A DNA stretch of 64,000 bases from Asterias rubens (Eukaryota). Both the position numbers and the translations under genes were made by a program. Where the stretch lies: assembly GCF_902459465.1 (NCBI RefSeq), contig NC_047079.1, positions 5,456,001 through 5,520,000 of the forward strand, read 5' to 3'. Below the pieces are notes generated by a model. That model was given only the letters and a program-made list of their open reading frames with translations, searched no databases and was not told where the DNA came from. Shown here piece by piece: positions 62,460 through 64,000 of this stretch. Position 1 is the stretch's first letter, and each line of letters begins with the position of its first letter.

Positions 62460-64000
62460 ATCATCAGTATCAGTAACTTCACCTGTTTATTATTCAGCGG
62501 TTGTTCTATAGGTGTTGAATTCAAATGAACATCATAATTGTTTATCAATTAATTGTTTATCAGATTTAAAAACTTCTAAAAAAATACATTCAAATTATGA
62601 CATAAAATTATTGTAAAAAAAAATTGAAATCGTTAAAAAATGTACAGTTATGGTTTAGTTTCATTCTGTTGTAGTATTAAATTTTCCCCCAAGCCGTGTT
62701 TCAAGTACCCTTGAACTGACCAAGACAAAACAAGTGAGAGAAACTGCTCATCATTGTTTTAAGCCTTGACCAAGATCGCAAGAATGGCTAATCAAGTTAT
62801 AAAGCCAGCTTCAAGTGTTGTTCATCGGCGATTTTGATTCAGAACACTCTGAAACTGTAATTTGATTTCCAATTCAACAAAGCCCCGACGCAGGATTGGG
62901 AATTGTTATAAAAGTATTCATAAAAACAGATAGAAAATGTATACAGAATCAGCTGGGAATTCATATATCTACACGTGTAGAATTCCTGAAAGTGGCCAAA
63001 ACAAATCCGTTTTGACCGCTGCATTTAAATCTTTTTATACAAAACTCATCTTGCTGGTTTCATTTGCATAATCGAACAAAATGTTCACATGTCAGTGAAG
63101 TCTCATTGAACGTCAATTGAAGCAAATGGGCATTACTACTGCTTTGCTCTGTTGGTTGTCATGAAAACTAATTTGAAATCTGGGACTTAACAAGTATCAT
63201 GGAAAGTGATCTTGTTTTGGGTTGTTATTTTTAATTTGCATTTGGAATTTAACTGTACATTTCATGTACCACTTAAAGGCCGCGTTTTCCAAATCGACTT
63301 CACATTTTTTCCAGAATTTATGTGTCTCTAGATATAATTTTAAACAGATTCTTTAACCATGGTGGCACTTGTGGCAGTATTTTTTTTTTTTTTGAGATTA
63401 TAACTTGACCGGTTGAGCAATGGTCGGAACCTTGCCTGTTTGGTTTTGCAACAACTTATTTATTTACAATTAAGCTTAAAAGGCAATCCACAAGAGTTAA
63501 CGGCCCGACACTTTTAAGTGTCAAACCTTGAAAACATTAACCTCAGGCCATGTATGAGTAATTTAGTAGGATCATTTTTCACTCCGTTGCCCATGCTGAT
63601 TACCTTGGTGTCCCTTCAAATGCCCCAATAGAAGGTCACGTTTTCCTCATCATAGAGGTGCCTTTTTACGATGAAGAAAGCGCCTTGGTGCCCTTTCCCA
63701 TTGAGTGTGGACTATAAAGGATCCCATCCTACCAATCCTCATAGTTCCTTCAATCTAATTTCTGGAAATACTCCCTCCCACTCTACCCTTACACCCCCCC
63801 CCCTCCCCCTTTCCACTGTCGAGGCTTGTGGAATAATGGAACGAGGTTCTGAAAATTCCATGCACCTGAATGGAGTCAAATCATAACGCTTTCCTGACAA
63901 ACTTTGATCGTAATTTCCAAACAATGGCCGTCTAGTCTGGTTGGGTGAAGAAGGAAATTCCAATTTGGCTAGGAGCAGGTGCTAGAGACTTCCCCTAGTC

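Overview
This is AT-rich, intron-rich animal nuclear DNA, not prokaryotic. The repeat families look like those I recall from sea stars (Echinodermata), but that attribution is unverified. I rebuilt gene models by hand from GT-AG boundaries and reading-frame phases. Genes in order: BMS1 (- strand, 23 coding exons, 6729-23292, about 1287 aa); a polyhomeotic/PHC gene head-to-head with it (+, 25348-33340, HD1-FCS-SAM); an intronless divergent class-A GPCR (+, 36699-37775); MRPL47 (+, 6 exons, 38473-42487); PEX5 (-, 14 exons, 44417-57990, about 632 aa); and a probable first coding exon of PDE6D (+, 61150-61190), which is absent from the ORF track and ends at a U12-type donor. The window opens with about 3.7 kb of a 39-bp palindromic satellite. 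It is dense in TTAA-flanked Kolobok-like MITEs, Harbinger-like and EnSpm-like MITEs, tRNA-derived SINEs and LINE tails. There is no CRISPR array, rRNA or convincing tRNA gene. I cannot show a wholly new biological system. The best leads are RNA-processing oddities: a triplicated splice donor in MRPL47, inverted MITEs bracketing two BMS1 exons, acceptor-like repeats that could give a SAM-less PHC, a one-motif PEX5 micro-exon and the U12 intron. The palindromic satellite and the motif-degenerate GPCR also merit follow-up.
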